DNA of 63,505 nucleotides, the filler included. It is 5 parts of 5 records of this genome, joined end to end, with 100 filler letters (N's around TTAATTAATTAA, not from the genome) between each part and the next. Parts side by side here need not be neighbours in the genome. Positions count along the whole stretch, not along the records: positions 10,518 to 37,804 come from SRR31156797_8073; 4 more parts are not named here. One strand, written 5' to 3'. The notes under the pieces were generated by a model. That model was not told the DNA's origin. It ran no database searches and saw only the letters and a program-made list of their open reading frames with translations. Position numbers and translations under genes: made by a program. This document shows positions 20,611 to 30,409 of this stretch, one piece after another (within the stretch, counting starts at the first letter, position 1; each line of letters starts with the position of its first letter).

Positions 20611-22320
20611 TCATATAAGATTAAGTACTTGATTTAATATTGTTCCTACAAGAATGGCAGTAATTAGCATGATTAGAACAGACTTTAACATATCCTTAAT
20701 ACCCAACTCTTTAATTAAAACAGAAAAGGTTGCTACACATGGAAAATAAACAGCCAACACCACAGAGGCTACAATAAGTTGATTAAGTTCTAGTTGTAAT
20801 GGGATTAACATACCAACAGCCAGGTCTTTTCTCAATAACCCTAATATCAATATGCCAACAGCCTCTTTGGGCAATCCTAAACAGTGCACGAATAATGGAG
20901 ATGCGATTTTTTCAATGCCGTGTAAAATGTTAAAAGCATATAGAACATTAGCTAGCAAAACACCCAACAACATAAAAGGGATGGCTTCTTTAATAAACCA
21001 TTTTATGCGCATAAACACTTTTTTAGTTATCCCTTTAAAATATGGCAGGCGATAAGGTGGAATCTCCATAAATATTTCGGGAGAAGTGCCTTTGACTGTA
21101 TGTTTTAATATGTTTCCAACAATAAACCATACAATCACAAGAGTGGTAAACACAATTAATAAACCTTTATAGCCATAACTACCTAACAAGCCAAACAACA
21201 TTGCCTGTAGAGCCATACATGGTATTGCTATTGATAATAATGTGGCGGTAATAAATTTCTCTTTACGTGTTTCAAGAATTCTTGTGGCAAGAGCTCCTGG
21301 TACATTACACCCCAACCCTAAAAGCATAGGTATTATTGAAAGGCCGTGTACACCTGCCTTATGCATGGTGGTATCCATCATTACAGCCACCCTTGGCAAA
21401 TACCCGGAATCTTCCATTAATGCAAGGATAGTATAAAAAGAAAATACGTAAGGTAATACAATACCTATTGGAATATATAAGCCTGTTGTAAGTAAACCGA
21501 ATGATGTTTCGTAGTTTATTGTGCCATGAATTTCGCCTATTAATAACCTGGTCAGAATCTCATTGTTATGAAGTAAAACTGTTAATTTCACAATAACAGG
21601 CGTCCATAATATTTCGAATAGCGGATTGAATATATGATTAATAATGCCTTCACTTACAAATCGAATAATCAGAAACATTAACACGAGCACACCAAGCAAA
21701 ATGGGAATTCCGGTAATAGGTTTAATGGAATAATCTCGCAGTTTTTCTAAAAAAGTATGATGCTTATGTTTTATGCTTTGGGATTCTTTTACGATTTCAC
21801 CAATAATATTCCAGCGTTGTTCACTTTCAAAATCAAAATTGGAAATTGTGGTTTCTTTTATTGAGTTAACAAGTTCATTTATCCCTTCACCGGTTAAGGC
21901 ACAAGTAGGAATACATTTAATTCCAAGGATTTTCTTAAGCACCTTTAAGTCGATTGAAATACCCGTATGTACAGCTTCATCAAAAAGGTTAAGGGCTACT
22001 ATAAACGGAATTTTTCGTTTTATAAGCTGAAGGGTAAGGTTTAAACTACGCTCTAGGTTTGTTGCATCAATAACGTTAATTACAACGTCTCCTTCTTTTA
22101 ATAATTCAACGGCTATCTCTTCTGCTTTACAAGTAGGTTCAAGCGTATATGTGCCAGGAACATCAATAAGTTGATGCCTTGTTCCGCTAATTGTTAGAAA
22201 ACCCCTGGTGTAGTCAACAGAAGTTCCCGGGTAATTCGATGATATTACATCAACCCCGGTAAGCCTGTTAAAAATCACGCTTTTCCCGACATTCGGATTA
22301 CCAATCAGCAAAATTTTCAT
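20611..22320 (-). CDS. feoB: Ferrous iron transporter B (short form)
   Basis: GNPNVGKS, NYPG, DVPGTY GTPase motifs; EDSGYLPR, GLGCNVP and YFPCVAT in the membrane domain. Confidence 0.92.
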   Translation of the reverse strand: MKILLIGNPNVGKSVIFNRLTGVDVISSNYPGTSVDYTRGFLTISGTRHQLIDVPGTYTLEPTCKAEEIAVELLKEGDVVINVIDATNLERSLNLTLQLIKRKIPFIVALNLFDEAVHTGISIDLKVLKKILGIKCIPTCALTGEGINELVNSIKETTISNFDFESEQRWNIIGEIVKESQSIKHKHHTFLEKLRDYSIKPITGIPILLGVLVLMFLIIRFVSEGIINHIFNPLFEILWTPVIVKLTVLLHNNEILTRLLIGEIHGTINYETSFGLLTTGLYIPIGIVLPYVFSFYTILALMEDSGYLPRVAVMMDTTMHKAGVHGLSIIPMLLGLGCNVPGALATRILETRKEKFITATLLSIAIPCMALQAMLFGLLGSYGYKGLLIVFTTLVIVWFIVGNILKHTVKGTSPEIFMEIPPYRLPYFKGITKKVFMRIKWFIKEAIPFMLLGVLLANVLYAFNILHGIEKIASPLFVHCLGLPKEAVGILILGLLRKDLAVGMLIPLQLELNQLIVASVVLAVYFPCVATFSVLIKELGIKDMLKSVLIMLITAILVGTILNQVLNLI

Positions 22321-22411
22321 CTGTTATTTCTTATTTTAATTTGCCAGATGAAACTTCACATAGCCAAATAATTAATATGAAAATTTCATAAATTATTTGG
22401 CATGTTTCGTT

Positions 22412-22642
22412 TCATGCTAAATCAATTATAATTTTTTGGGCAATTCCAGAACCAATAGCTATCTGGGTATTTCCTGATTTAACCACTACAGGCCCACGTT
22501 TCGATTGTTTTGAAACCAGTTCTATTTCTTTTCCTATATAAAGCGAAAGGCTGTCCATTCTTGCCGACAATCCTTTTCCACCCCTAATTTGCTTAATAAT
22601 GCCTTTTTCAGACTCCTGCATCTCGCTAAGTGTTTTTGTCAT
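22412..22642 (-). CDS. feoA: Ferrous iron transport protein A
   Basis: SH3-like GPVVV....IAIG.G.A; lies upstream of feoB. Confidence 0.85.
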   Translation of the reverse strand: MTKTLSEMQESEKGIIKQIRGGKGLSARMDSLSLYIGKEIELVSKQSKRGPVVVKSGNTQIAIGSGIAQKIIIDLA

Positions 22643-22651
22643 CTTTATCAA

Positions 22652-23788
22652 TTAATTACTTGTCAATCGTTGTAATTCTTCTTTGTTTGGAAAATCGTTA
22701 TAATGCCATTTTTTAATTATTGTACCGTTTTTAATCAATACCAAACCAGGGTTTGAACGCACCACTGTTTTAAGCATAATATCATCGGCTGCATAAAAGT
22801 TAAAAGGCAATTGATATTTCGAAGTGCAAAAGTTAATTTCTTCGTTTATTGATGCTGTTGCCAAATAAAAATTATAATTGTTTTGCCTGCTAAAATCAAA
22901 GGTCGATTTTAATTTTTCCAGTCCTTTGGTATTGGCTTTATTTAGCTTATGAGAGATAGCAAGAAATACATAAGACGAATCGTACAATATGGAATCGGTG
23001 ACATTCTCACCTTGTTTATTTGTAAATGAAAAATCGTGAATAGGAGGGTGATAACCTCTTCTTACCATTTTAGATTTAGTTTCAACCCATTGCCATGTTG
23101 AATCTAAGGCTATAACTTCTTCGAGTGTAAATTCTTTTAGTTCATCACCTCTTTTATATACAAGAGAATAGGCAAAAGAATCCGTTGGCATTCCTTCAGG
23201 AATGGTCATAGCATCGGGAATGTATGTTCCAACTTTGTAGGGGCGAAAGTCGATGTAAGGCAGGTAATGATAAGTTTGTGCTGAAATAAATAAAAAGCCA
23301 GTTATAGATACTCCTGTAATTATCCATTGTTTTTTTAACGATAACGAACTGGTTAATTTGTTTCGGTTTAGAAAGACAGGAACAAGGATTGCAACAATAA
23401 CAAGGTTTTTGAAAAAGGTTTGCCAATTGGTCATTACAATGGCATCTCCGAAACAACCGCAATCGGTAACAGGATTATATATTGCCAACACAAAAGTGAG
23501 AGGAGTAAAAACAAGCATATACACTGATGCCATCCATATAAAAAAACGTTGAAAAACACCAAATACCAAACCTACGCCTAACAGGAACTCCGACATATTC
23601 AGCAGGATTGAGAAAGCCAAAGAGAGGGGTTCAAGAAATCCCAGGTTAAATGCATTAAAATAATCTGTTAGCTTGTATGTTGTACCCAAAGGGTCTATAC
23701 CTTTCACAAAACCGGAAAATACAAATACAAGACCTATAAATATCCGGCAACCAATTAATAGTAATTTTTGTATGTTGTTTATCTTCAT
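22652..23788 (-). CDS. DoxX/MauE-like membrane protein with thioredoxin-like C-terminus (BT_3928 family)
   Basis: FVFSGFVKGIDP, DCGCFG, DFRPYKVG, VRSNPGL. Confidence 0.85.
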   Translation of the reverse strand: MKINNIQKLLLIGCRIFIGLVFVFSGFVKGIDPLGTTYKLTDYFNAFNLGFLEPLSLAFSILLNMSEFLLGVGLVFGVFQRFFIWMASVYMLVFTPLTFVLAIYNPVTDCGCFGDAIVMTNWQTFFKNLVIVAILVPVFLNRNKLTSSLSLKKQWIITGVSITGFLFISAQTYHYLPYIDFRPYKVGTYIPDAMTIPEGMPTDSFAYSLVYKRGDELKEFTLEEVIALDSTWQWVETKSKMVRRGYHPPIHDFSFTNKQGENVTDSILYDSSYVFLAISHKLNKANTKGLEKLKSTFDFSRQNNYNFYLATASINEEINFCTSKYQLPFNFYAADDIMLKTVVRSNPGLVLIKNGTIIKKWHYNDFPNKEELQRLTSN

Positions 23789-23797
23789 GTTTACTTA

Positions 23798-24403
23798 TTA
23801 AATTTCTAATATATTGTACAGATGATTCATCCGTTCTTGTTTGGTATTCATGTACTTCTCATTGTATTTATTTGGTTTTATAACCAAAGGAATACGCTCA
23901 ATTACCTGTATGTTATTTAATTCAAGCCCCGATATTTTATCTGGGTTATTGGTGAGCAGGTTTACTCTTTCAATCCCAAGCAATTGAAGAATTGATGAAG
24001 CAATGTTATAGTTTCTCTCATCGGGGGCAAATCCCAGTTCTATATTGGCTTCAACAGTATCTAAACCCTGTTCCTGGAGTTTGTAAGCCTTTATTTTGTT
24101 CATTAAGCCGATGCCCCGTCCTTCTTGTTGCAGGTAGAGTATTATACCCTGACCATGTTGCTCTATAATTATCATGGCTTTTTCGAGCTGTTCCCCGCAA
24201 TCGCACCTGAGTGAGCCAAATAAATCACCTGTTGCACAGGCAGAATGTATTCGGGTTAACACAATATCATCTATCTTATAAGTGCCTTTTAAAAGGGCAA
24301 TATGTTCAAGACCTGTTTCTCTATCTAAGAAAGGAATTAACTTAAAATGGCCGTACTTAGTCGGTAATTCTACACATTCTCCTTTTTCTATGTTTTTGTT
24401 CAT
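23798..24403 (-). CDS. ribA: GTP cyclohydrolase II
   Basis: LPTKYG, RIHSACATGDLFGSLRCDCG, QEGRGIGL, LLTNNPDK. Confidence 0.95.
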   Translation of the reverse strand: MNKNIEKGECVELPTKYGHFKLIPFLDRETGLEHIALLKGTYKIDDIVLTRIHSACATGDLFGSLRCDCGEQLEKAMIIIEQHGQGIILYLQQEGRGIGLMNKIKAYKLQEQGLDTVEANIELGFAPDERNYNIASSILQLLGIERVNLLTNNPDKISGLELNNIQVIERIPLVIKPNKYNEKYMNTKQERMNHLYNILEI

Positions 24404-24431
24404 GTATTAACCAATATTTTTTATGAGACTA

Positions 24432-25361
24432 TTATTCGCACCCCACTTCCGAAATGGGCTTTTCGGGAACAAATTCTATTATTTTGTATTGTAATTCGTT
24501 GGGAAAGCTTTCAACAGATTCGTTGATGTTATTAAAACTTAGTGAATCTATTCCAAATTCAATTTTTAATGGCGATACAAAAAATGCATCTTCGTTACAA
24601 TAACTGCTTACAACTTTGGGAGAAAACCTTTTATATTCTGCACCATCTTTTTCTGCAACTACTTGGTTAGATGATGTAATAACACTCTGAATTGTCCCAT
24701 CGTCATTAAAACATAAAGAATGGCTTTCTGCCTGTATGCCATTGGGGTCGGGGTCAAACACCTTTAATTTGCCAATAGGGCTGTTAACGGCAAGTTCAGC
24801 TACGGGTTCAAAGCCTTTTACCTTTCCGTTTTTATGAAAAGAGATACCTTTGCGAATAAGTATTTCTCCCATATCTGTCATAATTGTCACTCTTTCGTCA
24901 GGCCAAAAGAGAATACTTTCCAACTCACCTGTTTCATAGAACTGTACGTAAATGGGCTTTACACTAATTTCACCCAGTGTAGTAGGTATTTTGAGTGTTT
25001 CTGCTAATTCGTATTCATTCTCTTCTGTCCAGAAACCTGTCACTTTCCCATTTAACGGGAAAGTTCGGTACAATGCGCCACTCTTATAAAAAATTACCAA
25101 CTCAGATTTTATAGTTCCGGCAGAAGTAGGTATTTCTGTTAACTTCTCTAAAGGCAAAGATTTTAACTCACCAGTTTTATGAAATTTTACAGGAGCTTCC
25201 TTCTTTCTGCCTGCATCATCATCAAGGGTATATCTTGGAATAAGATTTCCGACAGATGTTTCAAGAATTATTTCTTCGCCAACTAAAACGGTATCAATAT
25301 TTCCATTTTTATTCCTTGAAATTAAATGGCTTTTCGATGAAAATAGTTGTTGCATATCCAT
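24432..25361 (-). CDS. Hypothetical protein with MORN-like repeats
   Basis: Repeated F[HY]..G.L units. Confidence 0.6.
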   Translation of the reverse strand: MDMQQLFSSKSHLISRNKNGNIDTVLVGEEIILETSVGNLIPRYTLDDDAGRKKEAPVKFHKTGELKSLPLEKLTEIPTSAGTIKSELVIFYKSGALYRTFPLNGKVTGFWTEENEYELAETLKIPTTLGEISVKPIYVQFYETGELESILFWPDERVTIMTDMGEILIRKGISFHKNGKVKGFEPVAELAVNSPIGKLKVFDPDPNGIQAESHSLCFNDDGTIQSVITSSNQVVAEKDGAEYKRFSPKVVSSYCNEDAFFVSPLKIEFGIDSLSFNNINESVESFPNELQYKIIEFVPEKPISEVGCE

Positions 25362-25372
25362 TGTTTGATGTT

Positions 25373-25978
25373 TTAATTCATTAAATGTTTAACCATATCT
25401 GCCGGAATGCCAATAACAACTTCATTGTTTTGTACACCACCATGTTTTCTCGATTCCGGGCATCCAAATGAAATGCTTGGGGTTTTATTTATATAAGTAT
25501 TGGCAATTACGTTTCCGCAAACAGAAAGCAAAGAATAGGGTGGAATTGCTACCTGTATATTTTGCTGAGCAAAAACATGCATAATTCTGGTTATTGTTGA
25601 TGGGGCAACATAAGCAACGAATATATCGGGTGGCAATGATTTCTCTACATCTTCGGTTATTCCTAAATTCAAATGAGAAAAATCAGAATCAAACGTTGGG
25701 ATATTCTCAAAAGCGTTTAAGATAAATGAGACAGGTATTTTTGTGTTTTCAGAAATAAATGTAGCTAACTCTTTATTATTAGTATCAATACCTATGCTTC
25801 TTCTTGCTCCCGGACACCCAACTTTATCTTTACTCATTTGTAATGGAACATTAAAAGAATGGCTCAGAGCTTCACAAAGCTTCATTTGTTTTGAAGGGAT
25901 ATTTATACCAGAAATTCTTCCATTGATATTAATGGCACTACATCTATTACCAACTACTTTCTTTAATTCATTTATCAT
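25373..25978 (-). CDS. DUF169 domain protein
   Basis: LCEA, GCPGA, SVCG, SFGCPESR. Confidence 0.75.
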   Translation of the reverse strand: MINELKKVVGNRCSAININGRISGINIPSKQMKLCEALSHSFNVPLQMSKDKVGCPGARRSIGIDTNNKELATFISENTKIPVSFILNAFENIPTFDSDFSHLNLGITEDVEKSLPPDIFVAYVAPSTITRIMHVFAQQNIQVAIPPYSLLSVCGNVIANTYINKTPSISFGCPESRKHGGVQNNEVVIGIPADMVKHLMN

Positions 25979-26712
25979 TCTTTTATGGTTTTGCTTTCTA
26001 TATAATCTCGTAAATCATTTAACTGAAAATTATATCGTTTACGCAATCTTCCCAGCCTTTCATTATTGTTGCCAATGGGCACATTAATGCTTTTAGCCAG
26101 TTCCTGAGCTGGAATATTGTACTTTTCTGCAACTTCATTAATAGTCATATTCCCATATATTTCGAAATCGGATTGGTGAGCGTGTTTGAACTCTGTATGA
26201 TGCTCAACATCTGGTATTATTTCTTGGGCTTGTTCTATGTCAGGTTTTGCTTCAACTATATTTTTGTATTGCCTTTCTTCTGAATAATAACCTTTACCCT
26301 TTTCGTTGTTGTGGGCATGATTTAAAACCCCTACTTCAATTTCTGGAGTAAGGAAAAAAGGGATTATTCCAAAAACAAATGTGAATATTATTAATAATGA
26401 ACTGAGAATGATGCGCCACACTCTTGCCGAAACCATCATTTTAAAAATCCCAACAATTTGCTTCCAATGAAAAACAATGTGTAGCAACAACAAAAAGAGT
26501 AGTATGAAACTTAGTATTAAATGAATTGTCCCCCACTGGTGACGGTCAATCCCCCAATAATACAGTTCTACATCACTTCCATAAATATCATTCCGTTTGA
26601 ACCCCGGAACAAGCACATATTTAATCAGGAAACCAATACCTGCAATAGGTATCATTAGCATAAACATGAGTATGTCTATTGATAAATTTAATTTTGGTTT
26701 ATTGATTTTCAT
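25975..26712 (-). CDS. DUF4405 membrane protein (possible heme-binding)
   Basis: TM helices with W..IH and LHIVFHW. Confidence 0.75.
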   Translation of the reverse strand: MKINKPKLNLSIDILMFMLMIPIAGIGFLIKYVLVPGFKRNDIYGSDVELYYWGIDRHQWGTIHLILSFILLFLLLLHIVFHWKQIVGIFKMMVSARVWRIILSSLLIIFTFVFGIIPFFLTPEIEVGVLNHAHNNEKGKGYYSEERQYKNIVEAKPDIEQAQEIIPDVEHHTEFKHAHQSDFEIYGNMTINEVAEKYNIPAQELAKSINVPIGNNNERLGRLRKRYNFQLNDLRDYIESKTIKE

Positions 26713-26714
26713 AG

Positions 26715-26888
26715 CTATGCTTTTATTGCTTCAACAGGACATTCAGCAACACAAGCCTGACAATTGCTACAATTGTCGTTGTTAATTTGAGCTACACCAT
26801 CAACAAGTTCAATGGCTTCCATAGGACAAACATCAATACACGCACCACAACCAGTGCATTCATCTTTATTAACTACCGGATATTCCAT
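26715..26888 (-). CDS. 2x[4Fe-4S] ferredoxin, 57 aa, absent from the ORF track
   Basis: Manual translation: MEYPVVNKDECTGCGACIDVCPMEAIELVDGVAQINNDNCSNCQACVAECPVEAIKA*. Confidence 0.93.
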   Translation of the reverse strand: MEYPVVNKDECTGCGACIDVCPMEAIELVDGVAQINNDNCSNCQACVAECPVEAIKA

Positions 26889-26899
26889 GATTATACTTT

Positions 26900-27694
26900 T
26901 TATGTTAATACTTTATTTACCTGTTCTATTTTATTTACCAGCTTTTCAAATGCCTGTACAATTAATTTGCTGTTTGATGCAAATACCGTTTTACCTGTAT
27001 CGCCAAGTTCGCAAACATCACTCACAAGAGGTATCTCAGCAAGTAGGGGACAGCTAAGTTCTTTGGCCAGTTCAATACCTCCACCATTGCCAAATAGATA
27101 GTATTTTTCATCAGGGTGTTTTTCGGGTGTGAACCACGACATATTTTCAACAACGCCCAAAATATCAATATCAATACCATTGGCTTTAAACATATTAGCA
27201 GCTTTACGTCCATCTGCAATTGCCATTTGCTGAGGGGTAATTACAATTATGGCTTTTGCTTGTGGTAACTTTTGTGAAAGTGTAATACAAATATCACCTG
27301 TTCCGGGAGGCATATCAATAACAAGGTAATCTAATTCGCCCCAAACGGTATTTTCAAGTAACTGTGTTAAGGCATTTGAAGCCATTGGGCCACGCCAGAT
27401 TATTGCATCCTCCTTTTTCATTAAAAAACCAAGCGACATGGTTTTTACGCCATAATTAACAATAGGTGTAATCGTTTCTTTTTCGCCTTCTTTTTCTACC
27501 ATTGGACGCTGGTCGCTGACACCAAGTGTTAATGGCACAGATGGGCCGTATAAATCGGCATCTAAAAGCCCGGCAGAAAACCCTTCTCTTGCTAAAGCAA
27601 CGGCAAGGTTAGTAGCTACGGTTGATTTTCCAACCCCACCTTTTCCTGAAGCAACCAGTAAAATGTGTTTTACATTTTCTAAATTATTTTTCAT
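26900..27694 (-). CDS. Mrp/NBP35 (ApbC) Fe-S cluster carrier ATPase
   Basis: SGKGGVGKST, DADLYGPS, WRGPM, DMPPGTGD, GVVENMS. Confidence 0.93.
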   Translation of the reverse strand: MKNNLENVKHILLVASGKGGVGKSTVATNLAVALAREGFSAGLLDADLYGPSVPLTLGVSDQRPMVEKEGEKETITPIVNYGVKTMSLGFLMKKEDAIIWRGPMASNALTQLLENTVWGELDYLVIDMPPGTGDICITLSQKLPQAKAIIVITPQQMAIADGRKAANMFKANGIDIDILGVVENMSWFTPEKHPDEKYYLFGNGGGIELAKELSCPLLAEIPLVSDVCELGDTGKTVFASNSKLIVQAFEKLVNKIEQVNKVLT

Positions 27695-28070
27695 TGTAAT
27701 TCTTTTTATTTTTTACTTCAAACATGTTTCTGTTATTATCCCTTATAAAGCATGTACAACCTTTTTCCTTTTGTCTTAAAAAAGTCCAGTATTTATTCTC
27801 TTTAGCCTTTTGGTGTATTTGCAGGGCATTCTCATGTGATATACATAAATGCTGAAAGCTTGTATGTTCAGAAGCTTCATTTACAAATAATTCTAATGTT
27901 ATATTTTTAATCTTTAGAAAATAAACAAGTACTTCTTTATTAATCTGAAATATATCAGAAGCATCTTTTTCTTTAAGTACTGTTTGATTTTCAATAGTTC
28001 CCCCCATTACACCTACGTAGAAGTCTTGCAAATCCTTTTCTCTTATTTCTAGAGCAATATGTTTTAACAT
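27684..28070 (-). CDS. VOC/glyoxalase-like protein
   Basis: HIAL...FY...G; HLC; FIRD..N.FE. Confidence 0.65.
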   Translation of the reverse strand: MLKHIALEIREKDLQDFYVGVMGGTIENQTVLKEKDASDIFQINKEVLVYFLKIKNITLELFVNEASEHTSFQHLCISHENALQIHQKAKENKYWTFLRQKEKGCTCFIRDNNRNMFEVKNKKNYNEK

Positions 28071-28071
28071 G

Positions 28072-28686
28072 CTATCTGTTTTTTAAATATTGAATGGGAT
28101 AATCGGTTGGAATTTTGCCTTGTTTTACCTGTTTTAGTTTATTGCTCACAAGTTTTTTATTTAAAGCAGGTAGGTGGTCAATGAAAAGTACACCATTTGT
28201 GTGGTCATATTCATGTTGAATTACCCTTGCTGTATATCCCGAAAATTCCTGACGATGCAATATGAAGTCTTTATCGAGGTATTCAACTACAATATCCCAG
28301 GGGCGTTTTACATCCTGATTTATTCCGGGGATACTAAGACATCCCTCACTTATATTGTCCATTTCTTCAGAATAGGCTAATATTTTAGCATTAATAAATA
28401 CCTCTTCAATGCCATTGTCGCCACAAAACAATTTATTTCGTGAATTAGTGTCCAGTTCATCATACATTAGGGTGCTTTTTACCACAAATGCCTTAAGCTG
28501 GCTGTCAATTTGAGGTGCAGCCAATCCAACCCCTCCTGATATTTCAAGCGTATTCCATAAATCCTTAATAAGTTTATCTACCAAAATATCCCTATCGTAG
28601 ATGTTCTGGCTTTTTTGCCTCAAAACCGGATTACCATAGGCTATAATCGGCAGGGTTTTATTTGTTAGTTCATCAATCTTTTCCAT
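28072..28686 (-). CDS. def: Peptide deformylase
   Basis: GVGLAAPQI, EGCLS, QHEYDH. Confidence 0.95.
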   Translation of the reverse strand: MEKIDELTNKTLPIIAYGNPVLRQKSQNIYDRDILVDKLIKDLWNTLEISGGVGLAAPQIDSQLKAFVVKSTLMYDELDTNSRNKLFCGDNGIEEVFINAKILAYSEEMDNISEGCLSIPGINQDVKRPWDIVVEYLDKDFILHRQEFSGYTARVIQHEYDHTNGVLFIDHLPALNKKLVSNKLKQVKQGKIPTDYPIQYLKNR

Positions 28687-29531
28687 ACCGTTTTTATGAT
28701 TTCTGTAATTTCTGATTTAGGTTGATATTCAACGATAGTTTGTCCTAGTGTCATTGCTTCAACCATTTTTTCATCAAAAGGAATTTGAGCCAACAAGGGG
28801 ATGTTATTTTCATCCAGAAAAGTTTTAATTTCCTTTACAACCTCCATGTTAATGTCAAACTTGTTGATGACGGCATAAGTTTCGATATTGAACGAGTTAA
28901 TCAATTCTACAAGACGAACAGCATCATGCAATCCTGATTTCGTTGGTTCTATCACAAGTAAAACCCGGTTAGTACCCGATATTGAAGCTATGGTTGCACA
29001 ACCAATTCCGGGAGGGCCATCACTAAGAATAAAATTGTTATTGGAATCCAGACAAATATCTTTTGCTTTTTTGCGAACCTGGGTAACCAGTTTGCCTGAA
29101 TTTTCTTCACCTGGTCCCATTTCAGCATGTACTAATGTTCCAAACCGAGAGGTAGAAATAAACCAATGATTGTTTGTATTTTCAATTGAAGATATAGCGT
29201 CATTCGGACATACACGCTCACATAACCGACAACCTTCGCATTGCAGGGAATTAATATATATTTCTCCATTGTCATGCTGATGAATCGCATCAAAACGACA
29301 ATATTGCGAACAAAGATTGCAAGAAGAACATTTTTCGCTATCAATGCTAACCGCCCACCCACTTGAAAAATCGTATGTTTCTTGTATTGTTGGATTGAAA
29401 AGCAAATGAAGGTCAGCAGCATCCACATCATTATCGCAATAAACAGCATTTTTAGCTACTGAAGCCAAAGCTGCTGTAATGGTTGTTTTTCCTGTTCCGC
29501 CTTTACCACTTAAAATAGTTATCTCCTTCAT
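28665..29531 (-). CDS. MinD-superfamily P-loop ATPase with inserted 4Fe-4S ferredoxin domain
   Basis: SGKGGTGKTT, two CxxCxxCxxxC, SGKLV, DGPPGIGC. Confidence 0.9.
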   Translation of the reverse strand: MKEITILSGKGGTGKTTITAALASVAKNAVYCDNDVDAADLHLLFNPTIQETYDFSSGWAVSIDSEKCSSCNLCSQYCRFDAIHQHDNGEIYINSLQCEGCRLCERVCPNDAISSIENTNNHWFISTSRFGTLVHAEMGPGEENSGKLVTQVRKKAKDICLDSNNNFILSDGPPGIGCATIASISGTNRVLLVIEPTKSGLHDAVRLVELINSFNIETYAVINKFDINMEVVKEIKTFLDENNIPLLAQIPFDEKMVEAMTLGQTIVEYQPKSEITEIIKTVWKRLMN

Positions 29532-30402
29532 ACTTTATTAGTTTATGTGATAAATTCTCAACTATTTTTTCATAACTGAGTTTTATATTATCAGGTGTGT
29601 TTTCAACAATATCTCCTTTTGCGTAAATGCTTGCATAATCTCTGCTAAAGGGCAATTCACCCAAAAGTTCAATACCTTCATTATTCAAATATTTATATAC
29701 TTCATTATTGCCTAAACCAGCTTTGTTCACAATAACACCAAAAGGTATTTTTACTTCTTTCATAAGGTTTACCATTAATTTTAAATCATGTAAACCAAAA
29801 AGGGTTGGCTCTGTAACCAGTATCACGTAATTTGCATCGCTAATAGTTTCTACCACCGGACAGCTTGTTCCCGGAGGGGAATCAAAAATTACAATTTCAT
29901 TATTTTGTGACACCTTTTTTTTGAGGTCTTTAATCAGCATAGTTTGCATGGCTGAACCAATTTTAAGCCGACCTTCTTTTAAGCCATTTATATTTTTTGT
30001 TTGGTATGAGTTTACCCAACCAATTGTTTCAGGATGTTCTGTAATTGCGTTATGCTTACATGCAACCATACAAGCACCACATGAATGGCACAGGCTTTTA
30101 TTTACTTCGGCAAAATTTACAGGTGGTATTACTACAATGGCATTAAACTCGCAATAATCAACACATTCACGACAAAAAGTACACTTGTCTGTATCAATAT
30201 GGGGTATTAATTGAAAAACCTCTTCCTGTTTTTCCTTATTCGCACCCTCAAAGAATATCAGGTCATTTGGTTCTTCCACATCACAATCAACCAGTTCTAT
30301 TTTGTTGCCAAATGCTTTATGTAGCATGGCATATAAGTTTACTGCAACTGTTGTTTTTCCGGTTCCCCCTTTTCCGCTTGCTATTGCAATTTTGTATGAC
30401 AT
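29503..30402 (-). CDS. MinD-superfamily P-loop ATPase with inserted 4Fe-4S ferredoxin domain
   Basis: SGKGGTGKTT, DCDVEEPN, two CxxCxxCxxxC, DSPPGTSCP. Confidence 0.9.
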   Translation of the reverse strand: MSYKIAIASGKGGTGKTTVAVNLYAMLHKAFGNKIELVDCDVEEPNDLIFFEGANKEKQEEVFQLIPHIDTDKCTFCRECVDYCEFNAIVVIPPVNFAEVNKSLCHSCGACMVACKHNAITEHPETIGWVNSYQTKNINGLKEGRLKIGSAMQTMLIKDLKKKVSQNNEIVIFDSPPGTSCPVVETISDANYVILVTEPTLFGLHDLKLMVNLMKEVKIPFGVIVNKAGLGNNEVYKYLNNEGIELLGELPFSRDYASIYAKGDIVENTPDNIKLSYEKIVENLSHKLIKYEGDNYFKW

Positions 30403-30409
30403 GTCAATA

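Noticed and set aside
26787-27101. Plus-strand ORFs 26787-27101 and 26812-27057
   Set aside because: They are antisense shadows of the ferredoxin and Mrp genes
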